A stretch of 64,000 nucleotides of DNA from Oopsacas minuta (GCA_024704765.1 JAKMXF010000055.1:194353-258352), one strand, 5' to 3'. Positions 50,546 to 63,979 are shown, counted from the first letter of the stretch. Program-made: numbers and translations. The notes: generated by a model from the sequence alone, not told the origin.

Positions 50546-52985
50546 ACTTGACGCCGCTTCCTCCTCAAACACAAACTGTACATTTATTTTGAACAAATTG
50601 TATTGAAATTTTGTATAAATGGAATTTTTTTAAATTATTACTAAAAAACCAAATTAAACAACAAAAAATTAATAATTTACCAAATAATGAATCAATAACA
50701 AAGTCGCTAATAATTCGTGAATAGAATTAAATAACTTTGAAAATTGTTGCTTGCCTGTATGCATATAATGGAAATCCGATAGTAGATATGTAATAGGAGG
50801 TATAAATTGTGAAGCCATAGTGGATAGAAATAATAGATGGCGGTAAGTGAACCGGGGAGCATGCATTTGTCCAAATTCGTATAATGAATTAGTCCAAATA
50901 TCAAAATGGGCATCATTCCAAAATTATGGCGATGTTTGCGTTAGTCCAAATTGTTGGTGATCGAATGCATGGATTCATGAGGAAATTTGGTCGCAAAAAC
51001 ATAGTCATTTACTTTTGTTGTTTTGAATCTAAATACTCTCAGCAACTCACAGCCTGCTCGAGATCCAACAATAATCCAATCAAAACACCACACTAGTTAT
51101 TCAACTAGTCTACTGAAATGCTCATCTCCTCAGCTCAAGCCAATCTAGCTAGATAATAAATGAAAATGCCAATTCTAGCACCTTCCAACGTGAGTCCAAT
51201 GCATAAATGAATCAGTATACGCATTGTTTTTCAAGTTTATCAATAAATAGGGCTGGCTGGCATAAAACACTTACAAATTTAGAACTCATTTATTCTCGAA
51301 CCATAATTATTAATTATATCAAAATACCACAAATACGTCATAGTCCCATTTCCAGAAGTGCGACTAAAAATCTGGTGCTATGTTTGAAATCTACAGTGTC
51401 GATTTAGATTTACTATATATGACAATAATTTAACAAATATCTTCAGTGTAAGTATCTATTACCCCATAATCACCATTTTGCCCCACGGTGTATATTATTG
51501 ATAGATAGTTCAACTTCTTAAGCTCGAATTGCAAATATACTTCTAATTTAGAAATTTTACTCTCTAAGAACGACCATTTTTGTAAGTGGCCCGAAGGCTA
51601 TAGCCTACTTAGCCTAATGGTAAATCCGGCACTGCGTGCGACCGTGAGACTCAAATTAGTACAGGATCAATTAATCGTCGATAAAGTACCATCCTAGGAG
51701 AGTCCCTGCAAGAAAAAGTGCCTGCCCAGAATTCCTGGATAAACTCCTGTATACCGTATATCCTTTCCTTGACGACGGACAAACAGATATACATCAATTC
51801 AGATTAAAGAATATTGATTAATCAATTAATTATATCAAACTCACTTTGTCCATGCACAAGATGGTGAGGGGAAAAAAGCTGTAGAATTATATACGATATT
51901 AGTATACTGAATTCGAATTTCATTGCGAAAAACAAAATACAATAACACGTCTAAAATTTCAAGTAATAATCATACAATTGCACTGTAATATGTCCACGTT
52001 TTTATATGAATATATATAAACGTTACTAGTAAGATAATATTCAATAATGTAATGCATATGAATACCAAATTTAATGCAATCGATACTAAGTCAATATTTA
52101 TAAGTTCAGTAACTTGATAGTTTTTATCTAGTTAAATGTAAACGCAGTTTTACGAATAGTAGGGAGAACATTTGGTAGTAATGTTATGGTCAGGCCCGCG
52201 CCAGGAGCTTCGACAAATGAACGATCGAGCCATTGAAATTTGTAAATGTTCAAGAGGTTATATATATGTCTGGACTGCATTTTGGCTTGCCTTTGCCTAG
52301 GGGCTAACTCGAAAACGAAATTATCTACACATATAGTATGTTATGTCGATTTGCAAAATCAGCCTCGATTGTTCTCTTAGTGTAGGACCTTATAGTTAGG
52401 TCGAGTAGGTGTCTTTGTAATTTGTAGCTGAAGTTGGCTAGTGCATTTTAAAGGCACATTGATGTATGGGGATCTGTTGTTGGCTGATTAATTACGCACA
52501 GGACCCATGTAAAAGGGTTTTGAGTTTACACTATTTTACAATTCAACAACTAAAATATGATCGTTCTGTAAATTCACAATACAGTGCAAGTTCTATAAGT
52601 GGGGTCTCTATAAAAGGGGAACCTATTTAAGCGGGACCTTTTTTGTCGACCTTCATTCATTTCCATAGAAAAGAAGTTCTACATGGTTTCAAAGATGGAG
52701 TAGTTTTTAACATATATTTGCAAATTAAGCTAAGAAATGACGTCATTTCGATCTGAGTTTTGCCAATTCGTACATATCAATAATACATTTATTCGGGTGA
52801 AAATGTACCAGTTTCTTATTATCGGTGATTATAGATTTTTCCCATCCATTATATCCATTTCCTCTTATCCATGGTCCAGTGAAATTTGACATGATCAGGT
52901 CTATCTATAGTAGGCTATGACATAGTATACCTTAGTGAATACCAACTTCGTTTTGCTGTCTAATAGAGAAAAACTTAGTCAAAAC

Positions 52986-54802
52986 CATAGTCTACTAAAC
53001 ATAAGGCCATTTCACTACTTTGGACCAGGGATAATATCCAGTCGACTTTTTCTAGACTACAACACATTTATATTATTATAAATTACTTTATTCTTCTTCT
53101 TTATTTAAGTATTATTATCATAAATATAGCAGTATGGGTATTTAATTGCTTCCCAGTACAAACACAAGTATAAAATATGAAATTATTAATATAACGATGA
53201 ATACAATTAAATTATTTAGAAGATAATTTGAGATATTTCCTTTGATTATCTTTGGAATAGGTAGTGGGAATATTTAGATTCTTGGCCTTATTGTTAAGTA
53301 AACAATTGGCTACTGTTGTCAAAAGTGAATGGAATAGGCCTTTTCCTTCTGTACAGTAATCGAAACACTCATAATCCAAGTCTTCAAACTCCTCATTATC
53401 AAGTTTAAGAAGAGTTAGCTGCACTAAAATTGATCTTGAATCCGATCGTAGAAATCATTGAGAACTGGCGGACGTTCAATATTTTGTAAACACTTTCCAG
53501 ATTGTAAAAAACAGAATTAATAACTTGTTTAGATGGTCATTTAAGTCCGCCACGGTCTAGGAGTTGAATCAGCGAAAAATTAAAATCTAGATCTTCTATT
53601 TCTATAGACTATCCTCAGTTAGTAGAGAGTAACATTCTGGGCACAATTCTGAAGTTTTAGTTAATTTCCTTATCAAAGAAAAAGCTGCATACCCTCCGAT
53701 GAAAGCTAGAGCTTGTCTTGTATCAGAATTCGGAGGCAAATCTTCAAAAGAGAGAACACATGTAAAGTGATTAACATCCATCTTATCACCACAACTAGTT
53801 GTACAACCAAGATCAATAGCGTTTTCCTGGATTTGAAATGTACTGATAAATTCCATAAAGGAGCCTCTATCTTTACAGTCATAATCTTTCCTATGATATA
53901 ACTTGAGAATATTGGACAGTTTTAGTACCCTTTCACTTTCTAGTACTATGTGATTTAGTGTTTATGTGATCTAAATTAGAGACAGTGTATTTTCTCTGCT
54001 CTTCTTTAAATACATCAACTCTCTGTGTTTAATTGCCTATATAGTACAATACCATAAAACATGTAAGAATACAACTTAAATATTTGACACAACTTGACAT
54101 ACTTTGGATCTGTAAATCACTTTCCTTTTTGCCTCTATCAAGCCTTGGATATTTAATGGTGAGATCATTAAGACGATCAGGGCAACCAGGAAGATATTTA
54201 GGTATTGCACCTTTCTTCAGAGTAGCCTTTATTGATCGTGTCTTCGTTTGATTATCAATGTCAAGATAAGTTTGCATGTAAACGATATCATCAGAATCAA
54301 AGTGTTTAGCACAAACAAAAATGTTTTTCATCGTGTGAAGACACATTACGTAATGATAAATTAAGCCTGAATCGTAGAAATATAATTTTAATTTATATCC
54401 AAGTTCTAAAGAAATACTTTCCATTTCTATGCAGAAATCGTTTCCACTTATGGACGATATCTTGCGGCCCAGAAGGAATGTGAAACACTGCAACACCACA
54501 TGATCATTGTAGTATCCAGTAGTACATCTGGGAGCAGAACACGAGTTAGGCATGTGCCAAAGAAATAAATAAACAATGAGCTAATATTATAAAAGCAAGT
54601 ATGTTAAAATGATTAGAAATTGAATTTAGAATTACATAAATTCACAATACAAATCTCAGGAAATTATTGATAAACCTGACAACAATATGTTTTATTCAAA
54701 ATATATATTTACATTATGGGTGTATAAGAAAATCCCCTTCATCTTATCCCTGGTACAAGCGCATTTAACTCAGTGAAATGGCCTTATGTTTAGTAGGCTA
54801 TG
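52986..54802 (-). mobile_element. P-element-family transposon, internally deleted
   Basis: 31-bp TIRs CATAG(T/C)CTACTAAACATAAGGCCATTTCACT. Perfect 7-bp TSD TCAAAAC (52979-52985 / 54803-54809). THAP remnant MPNSCSAPRC...VCAKHF...GAIP and P-transposase C-terminal ALAFIGGY...CPEC. Confidence 0.92.
54029..54553 (-). pseudogene. THAP (C2CH) domain of the P-element transposase, frameshifted
   Basis: C-x4-C start; FHIP...WKRFLHR in an alternate frame; FVCAKHF; LKKGAIP. Confidence 0.8.
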
Positions 54803-55951
54803 TCAAAACTTAGCTTTAGTTTAGTGAATAAAGCTCTGTCATTAGAGCCCGTGAGAGAAAATCTGGGCCCTAGTGATCATATGAAATGGTCATAGATACG
54901 TTTTTTGCAAAATATCAAAATTTTGTCAAGATAAAGTTTACACGTTCTAGAGTCATAATAGTGACCATGGATAGCATATTTTGATCAATCTTTACCTATA
55001 ATTTGACAACCTTCATAGGTATGGCTATATCGTCTTGCCAACAGGTTTTAAATCCCAACTTCCCATACCCTGATAATATATTTGATGTTATATCTCAGAC
55101 CGTTGTGACGCAATCTTGAAAATGACCATATATTACAAAATTAATGATCGCGTTTTATAATATTTTATTTTATAGGTTAATAATAAACTAATTATTTGTT
55201 TCTTTTAATAGTATAAACAGTAAGAGAATGTACAAGATAATATAGACACATATTTTAGACATCACTAGAGGTTGGCAAGTCTTATAGTAGTGTGGGTTAT
55301 ACCTGGACATTCCTGACAGTAATGATTAAAAACTGGACATCATACAATAGAAAAAATGTGGTATAAATATACAACATTTGTGATCTTAATTAGATAATCT
55401 GCAAACAATCAAAAGTTGACTACATGATCATTTTTCTTCAAAATAACTAAGAAATTAATATTTTAGCGAAGAATGAACTTTTCTTAAGACCTCTTTATAT
55501 GACATTATGTTATCAAAGAATTCAGTACAGGACATGAAAGAATCTGGTTATAAATTTATCTATAACATTGATGCAAGTGTGTCTATTGAAAGCTGTCTTA
55601 TCAGAATAATAAATTTGAATTCATAATAGAGAATACATTCTCTAAAGGAGCAGATGCGCAGATGCGAATTCACTAATAATCCCAAAATTTAGGATATATA
55701 ACTGTCACTTACTTAGGCTTAAGTTAATACAATAAGTGAAAATAAGATTAATACATTACTCTTCCAGTCACTGTAGTGCTGCTTAACTACGGTGAGCAGT
55801 TGTCCAGTTTTTGTTTCCTTTCCTAGATAAAGGCAAATTATTCTTGTTATTTTATCTGTTTTATTAGTGTGCAGGTCAACTTTCATTTGGGTGGTCAGAA
55901 TATCCAATACAAATAATTGATATATATAGCTCAGCTAACTATAGTATAGTC

Positions 55952-57636
55952 CATAGCATTCTATTCACTAAGGCATGGTGCTGATTAATGGACTTGGACC
56001 AGGGATTGGGTAAGTCAGTTTTAAGGAAATATAGAGATATATAGTTGCGATAAAACTTAAACGGTACACTTTGGCCCGAATATACAGGGTGTCTCAAAAT
56101 TATTGCCTTATTGCGCTATAGCACAAAATATGTTATAACTGAACCTTAAACAGTATAGACATTAGTTATGGTGATTGAAGAATTGAAATATAATTGCTAT
56201 TCAACTCGAAATATTATAGCTGCTATTTTAGAAGTATTTAAAAACTTTCGTCCTCTTTGCCCCGACTGGATTTATTGCCCAATATGGATGTCAATGAAAA
56301 TAAATTACAGGTTAGAAATCGTGCTATCGGTATGTTACTCGCAGGTTCTACTCAGAACTATGTAGCAAACAAACTTGGAAAGGATATCCGAACGGTTCGG
56401 AGATGGTTGGCACGGTATAATTCTTCAAAAGACCTCCAACATAGAAAGGGGGCTGGAAGGCCCAAAAAGCTAAAAAGGCGGTCCAAAATCATTATTGCAA
56501 AATCTCTTGAGAAACGACACAAGTCAACACGATGTTGCTGAACAAATTACCAGAACGTGTGCTTCTGTCTCAAAAGACACCATTCATCACTATTTAACAA
56601 AATATTTGGGAGTTAGGCCCTATAAGCGACCCAAACAGCCAAAACTCTCTGCAAAACAGAGAGAAAACAGATTAAATTTCTGTCTGGCAAAGCAAAACTG
56701 GACTGTCGCTGACTGGAGAAACATCCTTTGGTCTGACGAATCTTCTTTCGAGCTATTTCACCCAACAAATCGTCAAAATGATAGGATATGGGCCAAGAAT
56801 AGCTCGAATATCATGCCACAGGAAACGGTGAAATTTCCCCCGAAATTCATGGTTGGGGGATGATGAGCTTTCGAGCTATATCGAAATTACACTTCATCCC
56901 TCCCAAACAGACAGTGAATACAGCCTACTATATAGATGAGATCCTGGCTAAGTCTTGTTTGGATACCCTTCAGCAGAACTAAAAATAATGGATCAGTTTT
57001 CGAGATGAAAATGGTACCAAACATGTCAAAGGTTGTCTTTATGCAGGACGGTGCCCTGATGATTATGAAGCAATCTTGAAAATGACCATATATGGTATTA
57101 ATGATGACTGCGCATTATTCTTTGGAGATATCACACCAAAATGTATTATTAGGGTATGGGAAGTCGAGTATATACTATATATGTGTAGGTTTATCTGGGC
57201 GTAACATTGAAGGATTCAAGTTATGGATGAATATTGGCCCAAATATGCCACCATGGTCACTACGATAACTCTGGAACGCGCGAACTTTATAATGATAAAA
57301 ATTTGATATTTATATAGCAACTGCGTATATTCTATGGTAAAAATTTTGAAACCGTAAATGTATTAATTTCGTCTCTACCTAGTTTCAAAACAGGAGCATT
57401 TTTCTGACATATTTGCTAACTAAGCAAAGAGATGACGTCATTTTGGCCTGAAAATAGTTTGTAGATGTAGACTGTGAGTAATGTCAAATATCAATAATAT
57501 ATATATTCGGGCCAAAATGTACCGTTTAAATTTTATCGCAACTATATATCTCCATTATTTCCTTAGAACTGACTTACCCAATCCCTGGTCCAAGTCCATT
57601 AATCAGCAGCATTGCCTTAGTGTATAGAATGCTATG
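55952..57636. mobile_element. P-family non-autonomous TIR element containing a truncated Tc1
   Basis: About 130-bp inverted termini starting CATAGCATTC (roughly 90% identical). 7-bp flanks TATAGTC / TACAGTC. Internal sequence related to 52720-52919 and 54880-55130. Confidence 0.75.
56085..57056 (+). mobile_element. 5' part of a Tc1-like element, truncated at the second catalytic Asp
   Basis: TA|CAGGGTGTCTCAAAA terminus; paired-like HTH with GAGRP; WSDESSF, NRQNDRIW, ending at FMQDGAP. No right TIR. Confidence 0.85.
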
Positions 57637-59689
57637 TACAGTCATTTTTTCGGATTAATGAAAGTCACCTTTCGAATTAGGGTATTCCTCGAATCGCTAG
57701 ATAAATGAATAAATGAAGGAAGGGGTGTTTTATGTTTTGTATTTTTGTATAGCTACACTTTTCGATGCCGTTGCAAATGTGTTAAAGTAAAATATAAGGT
57801 TTTCAATTATTAGATAAATTGATTATGTTTAAGTGTGAAGATAAATAATGACGATTTGTATACCAAAAAGATAACTAAAACTTTTATTCCATGTGTATGA
57901 AATCCACATAGAATACAGTAATATTGACGTACGAATTACTATGGAGGGTTCCCGATTAACCGAATTTTTTGGTATTATTACTATGAATTAGGTTCAAATT
58001 CTGAAAATGAAAATGTGTCCCCAAATACCGGTTTTCCTATTAACCCGAGTCCGCTGTAATTTATATTTAATATTATACCAAAATAATCCTAATAATGCTA
58101 TTAAACGGGTTTTTTATTCCCTATAAATATTCATAGGATCATACAAATTGTTCCACCAATCCCAGGATTGGGATTTGGGACCCCTATTCTTAAATATATC
58201 AAAATGTTAAATTCCCCACACCTGGAGGGAAAATATTAACAAATCTCCTATAACTCCCCAGTAATAGCCCGGACTGGGATACTTGAGGACAACCATTGAT
58301 AGGTACATTGCATTATTTTATAGATTTAGTCTAGAATACTCTAGAATCTAGATAATGTTCATAAATATGGTGAAATAGGTACTTTCAGGTATATCATCAT
58401 ATTTCATACCATATATGCATATCTCCAGTATAAATACTCATATATTTAGTGGTTTTCGGGTTAGAGAACGATGAAGCACTAGTGAGTAGAGAATACAAGC
58501 GTTCGGATAACTGGAGTCTGGAAATAACTGAAGTTCTACTGTAGTTTCTTCATTTGGGATCTCTAGCCTATATTAATTCACCATAATAACAGAATATATT
58601 TATAGTATTTATGTTGTATTCTACTTTTATTAAGTATCCCAATGATGAAATATACTCTCTTGACCCAATATGGTGCTTGTTGTAGTACATTGGGTTGGAT
58701 AGAAGATTATGAGAGCTGAGGGATCCGGTCTAGCATATTGAACATTCTAGCATTAATTAATTCATTGTCTCTTAACCTGGAGTGCTGAATTCAATTTTAA
58801 AGCATCTGTTATATGCAGTACATGATTTTGGTTTAAATAGTGAAATAAAGACGTAGGCTTGTGAATGCTTGAGCTTAGATATCGGAACTGTCTTTTGAAA
58901 AAATTATGATGTCTGGCTACAATTTATGTTACTCAGGCCCAGCCCCAGCTGATCATTTTCTGAGCCTTTGCCAATAATGATAATACAGTCATAACATATG
59001 TGATCTCCGAGGCCGAATTTTGATGTGCGTAATAAATATATGCGTAAATGCATTATTTATATATTGATAACGAAAGTAAAAGTGGGGCCTTCAAGAGGGA
59101 AAACTTACAAAAGCGTGGCGTAAAATAGACTTCAATTACTTGTACATCAATTCCTTGCAAATGGAACCAATGAGAGCGGAGAAGTGGGAAAGCGAAGGAA
59201 CAAATTCGGGGCCAATCTTCCGTATGCGTATGTCTGTAAATTTGAGACAAGTAGTGTAATTTAAGGGAACATGGAACCTACTCATTTTAACAAAAATAAC
59301 TAGCAAAAGTAAACTAATATTATTGCACACAAAACCTCAACACTCCTCTCTCTCTCTCTCTAATGATACTAATTTCGTTCAAATCTGATCAGTGGAAGAG
59401 AGTCAAATCAGCGACTGAAGTAAACCTGGTCAAATGCTAGGCTAACTCCACACTCATCAAATAATAGTTGTGTCTAAATGTAACGTCTCTAAAAGTGGGT
59501 ATCCGATACGTATGAAGTATTCCAATTATTATATCCTTCATCAATCGATTAAGAATAAATGATGAAATGAACCTGATTAGATGGAATTATGTTTGCTTAA
59601 AATTTTGAAACACACCAGTATACAAATAAAGATACATTAAAGTTAAAAATAAACATTAAAAGCGGTAAATGACACCAGAAACTTGACGA

Positions 59690-60043
59690 TTAATTGGGGA
59701 GTTGATCATAGAGAGAAATCAATCGTTTCTTGATAAGGAGAGAGGGAAGAGAGGGAGCGATGAGGTCGGGAATAGAGTTATTATACTTGCGACCTGGCTG
59801 CCAACACTCTTGTATAATCTCTGAAACTTCCGACAACTCTCTAGATTGGGACCATCGAATAGGAATGTGTGGTCGTTCGTCCCTTATCAATATCATTTCT
59901 CTCATCTCTTGAAACGAAGGCTCTCTGGAAACACAAGAAAAATAGGGCAATTCACAATCATCACACACTCCATCAGTCACACAGCGTCTAAATATCTCCC
60001 ACAGTACCAGACACAATGAATAAACATCAGCTCGTTTGTATAT
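59690..60043 (-). CDS. TGF-beta/activin type I receptor exon 3 (kinase C-lobe, stop)
   Basis: attctag|IYKRADVYSLCLVLWEIFRRC...LPYF...PSFQEMR...RP.IP.RW; phase 0. Confidence 0.9.
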   Translation of the reverse strand: MYKRADVYSLCLVLWEIFRRCVTDGVCDDCELPYFSCVSREPSFQEMREMILIRDERPHIPIRWSQSRELSEVSEIIQECWQPGRKYNNSIPDLIAPSLPSLLIKKRLISLYDQLPN

Positions 60044-61943
60044 CTAGAATTAGCATTCAATTTGTTAACATAAAAAGGATATAGGCTAAGATTTGATGGA
60101 TAATTCAATACAGTGAATATTATAAGTACACAGTATTAAAAGAATATATTGGTTATACGTTTTAGGAATTAATGATTATGAGACATTTATACTGTGAATA
60201 TCGCTTGTTATAGGAACGTACCGGATTTAAGGTTCATATTAGTAATAACAATTGTGGTTGATAAGACAAATATTTTGGTTATAAGAACATTTTTCTCAAC
60301 TCCGAAAGATGTTCTTATAAGAGGCATCTACTGTTGTTGTTGTTCATAATTCTTAATGGTGAATAAAGCACAGCTAAAGAGATCCCTCGCCGTTTGCGGG
60401 GGGATAATTATGTACTTACGTTGCTGTGCTGAAAATAGCCGCGAACTACAATTTCGCGAGACTGTAGTGTGTAGTTTAATGGGACTAGAGGGTTTAGTTT
60501 CTTACGTTTTTAGACAAATACGGATTTGAAGAATCAGTGCTACTAAATAGAAGCAGAATCAATAAGGGGCAATATGTAGGAGTTTAAATATAGCTGATTC
60601 ATTAATGAAGTTAATATAGTTTGATATAATTGGGGGGGGAAAGAATAGCCACACTTCTGAATTACTTTTGCATGATCTTTACTTCATTCATACTTCCAAT
60701 AAATTAAGTGAGTGAGATGATATGTCTTTGTTAACGGGGAACTAAACTCAATACATGGAAATTTTATGATAATAAAAATATTCTGATTCGGACCTAGGTT
60801 TCAATAAACATATCTTTCGTTGTCACGGATACTTGAAGGCCGAGTATATTTCATTAACTACTCTATAGAGACATAGTATTGTCCATTCATATCAAATCTA
60901 AAAATCTTGTTTAGTTAAGATTACACATCATGATTGGTTATTTTTAAGACAAATAATCCTGCAGCTGCTTTCCAAGCCAGTTTTTGTCCATTTCCAAGGT
61001 ATCAAGACCTCATAATATAAAATGAGATACACCAGTCAATGGGTAAACCAAATTGATTAACAATTTATGGAATGTGAGAATGTGTATATTTTCGCGTCGG
61101 TTGTGGAATCGTGATTTGAGCCAGAATTTGAAAAATACAAAGGTATGTAAATAAAATTATTACATTTTTGGATTTCAAAAGCAAGCAAATTAATAGAAGA
61201 TGACCTTTTAAGCAAGGCCGTAGGAAGTGGTCGGCCTGACACCTATTCAGAAAAGTGACCCCTTCCAATTCGCCCGAAACCGGTGGATTTTCTTAGAAAG
61301 AAACTACGAAATTCTGTATTGACAAGCTAGCTATATGCACACGTTTATGAGTTGTATATTTCACAGTTCTTTAGCTAGTCTGTTGGAAATTGAGGTGTCA
61401 TCTCTCCGTCGTTGGTGAAGTCGCCAACAACTCCACAAGGTTTTAGTGGTCATAAGCGTTCACTATTTCCAGAATGTCTGAAAATCAGAATTTGTTTTGT
61501 CTGGTTTTAAGGGTAATCTCAATTATGCCAGATAGGCAAAATAACAATTCTAAGGCATCTGATTTTCCGGGGTAGTTTGCAGGAATCATCTCCTCCCATC
61601 TTCGGTAAAGCAATATGACCAGACCACAGTTGAACAGCTTCCTATAGGCCTGTTAAGCACCTGTGGGACTTCTAACGTAACAATGTCTATGGCTTCTAGC
61701 GCCCAATACCCCCCAATACCCCCAGCTTATAGTTGAGAAATCCAGGCTCAGGCACAAACTGTGTATAAATAGTGGAATCAAGAATGTGCCAACATTGGGT
61801 ATAACTGGAGTAAATATATGGATATGTCCTAAATCCAATTTTTCCAAATCTCAAAAAAATACACGTGGAGACTTTGCTTGCTCTCAGGGGTAACCGAGCA
61901 CGTAGTTTCGCATATACAAGACCTCATTATATTATACACTTAC

Positions 61944-62543
61944 CTCAGAAATATCCGCCTCTTCTACTTTGTCTTCCATCAACTCTGGAGATAGATATCT
62001 CTTGGTACCCTCCCGCTTATAAAACAAGTTACAGAGATAGCGAGGAGAGTCTTGATTATATCTGATAGCAAGCCCAAAATCCCCGATGACAGCCTCTCCA
62101 GTAGAGCTGACTAATATATTCTTTGATTTTAGATCTCTATGTATAATACAGGGTTTATACAAACCTTCACTAGAATTAAATTTATGTCCTCCCTTAATTT
62201 CAGAGTGAAGGTGTGCCAGCCCTGCAGCCGCACCCTTACCAAGTCTTAGCGCGTCACGTAGTGACAAAGGATGCTCATACAAGAAATCTAAAAGGGATCC
62301 ATGTGACATATAGTCTGTAATTAACCAATATTGTAAGGAGAAGTCCAGGTCTATCTTGTCAGCAGCAACAAACCCCAATATGTTCTCATGACGTATTAGA
62401 TTAGTCATATAAATATGTGTTTCTGCTTCCCAAGATGGAGCATCCTGGCTATACGAAATTTTAACAGCCACCAACTGATCTCTCCAGACACCTTGCCACA
62501 CCTCCCCGTATCGACCTGAGCCAATTAGCTTCTTTTTCTCAAC
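61944..62543 (-). CDS. TGF-beta/activin type I receptor exon 2 (kinase subdomains I-VIII)
   Basis: IGSGRYGEVWQG, VAVKI, IRHENILGFVAAD, HGSLLDFL, GLAHLHSEI, HRDLKSKN, DFGLA, GTKRYLSPE; phase 0 borders. Confidence 0.93.
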
Positions 62544-63370
62544 CTAAATAGAATAGACACCACATAAGTCAAGCTAAATAATTCTAGGGTGGATTAATCG
62601 AGAAATTAATTGCGATATATAAATACTAGCGGAAATAGTCTAGATTAAGTATAACAAGTGTCAAGGATTAGAAAATCAAAAATGAAATATTTTTGGTTCA
62701 GTAAATCCAAATCCAGTGAATAATGGAAAATGATTATAAATATAAGAATGAGTGATGCAAAATGGAAATTTTGAAAACCTCAAAACTGCAAACAAATGAT
62801 GCTAAGTTAATAATATTAAAGCACTCATGCTAAGATTACAAAAGAATTCAATATTTAATATGATTTGGTATTTAGTAATGTTTGAATGTCCAAAATTGAT
62901 TGAAGTGGAAGACTTCCAGGACTGATTTGGCATACAGGGGCATTTTGGGTCTAGCTCGGAAAGTTCGAAATATGAGCTCCAAAAATACTGTGGGCGTTTC
63001 GCATTTTTTGGATTGAGTGGGGCCTATGTCGCTAATAGACGTACTAAACCCTATGCATAGAGTCTGCCTTTTTATGCAGCTAGATTTTCTAAACGAGTTA
63101 ATTGACGCGATTACGCAGTTTGGGGGAAACACTGAATGAGGCACAAAGTGCCGGGATTACTAACTAAAAGCCACGTAGTAGCTCCAATCTCACCACAGAA
63201 GGTCATTAAATGTAATTTGGATGGCCATGGATAATAAAATATTAACCTCGAGGCACATAGCGCCGAAAGTTTCAACTACTAATCAAAGGCACTTGCAAGG
63301 AAATGGACCTGAATTACATAGCTAGTCTGTCAAGTGTCAGAATTTACTCAGAATTTACTCATTGACCAAC

Positions 63371-63979
63371 CTGCATAGCAATTGTCACTTGTGATAGTTG
63401 TGCCATTCCAGATCCAGAACCGGTTCCATAGGTACTATCCAAATCAGAACTCAGTTCATCTATATCTAGACGCTGCGGTGGATTCTTGTACTCCAAATGT
63501 ATTACTTGATGGTATTTTCTCCACCAACAACGAAAGAACGTTAGTGAGATAATAAAGGCAGTTATACAGCCGACAATGCATATAATAAGAACTGCTAGGG
63601 TGGATACTACTTGAACTAACGCAGAAGGGAGATCGCTTGTAGGATAGTCATTGTAGTATGTTGTTATGTAATCAGGTGGATTGCTAGTAGTTGGGAACTC
63701 AGTTGTTGTCAATAATAACTGAATAGAAGTAAGGTTGTTACAGAGATATGTATCACAGCAAAAACGGTGTATTGTACTATACACGCTACAGGTACTAGCT
63801 ATAAGATCTGGCGGCACACAACCTTGAGTTGTGGAAGTTAGTTCTGATCCGATTACCTGCTCGATACATAGGCCCTCTGTTATACAAGTTGGGTAGTCAT
63901 AACAACTGTCAGGACTACAGTGACAAATGAGAGGGGAGGAGACAGGGAGGCATAATATCAGAAAAACGAAATAATACAT
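63371..63979 (-). CDS. TGF-beta/activin type I receptor exon 1 (signal peptide, Cys-rich ectodomain, TM, GS box); spliced product 520 aa
   Basis: Signal peptide MYYFVFLILCLPVSS; Cys box FCCDTYLCN; hydrophobic TM; GS box GTGSGSG; donor CAG|gttggt. ALK subtype not assignable. Confidence 0.9.

Noticed and set aside
60445-60470. Hairpin ACTACA-ATTTCGCGAGAC-TGTAGT resembling vertebrate promoter motifs
   Set aside because: Short, intronic and single; cannot be distinguished from a repeat fragment.
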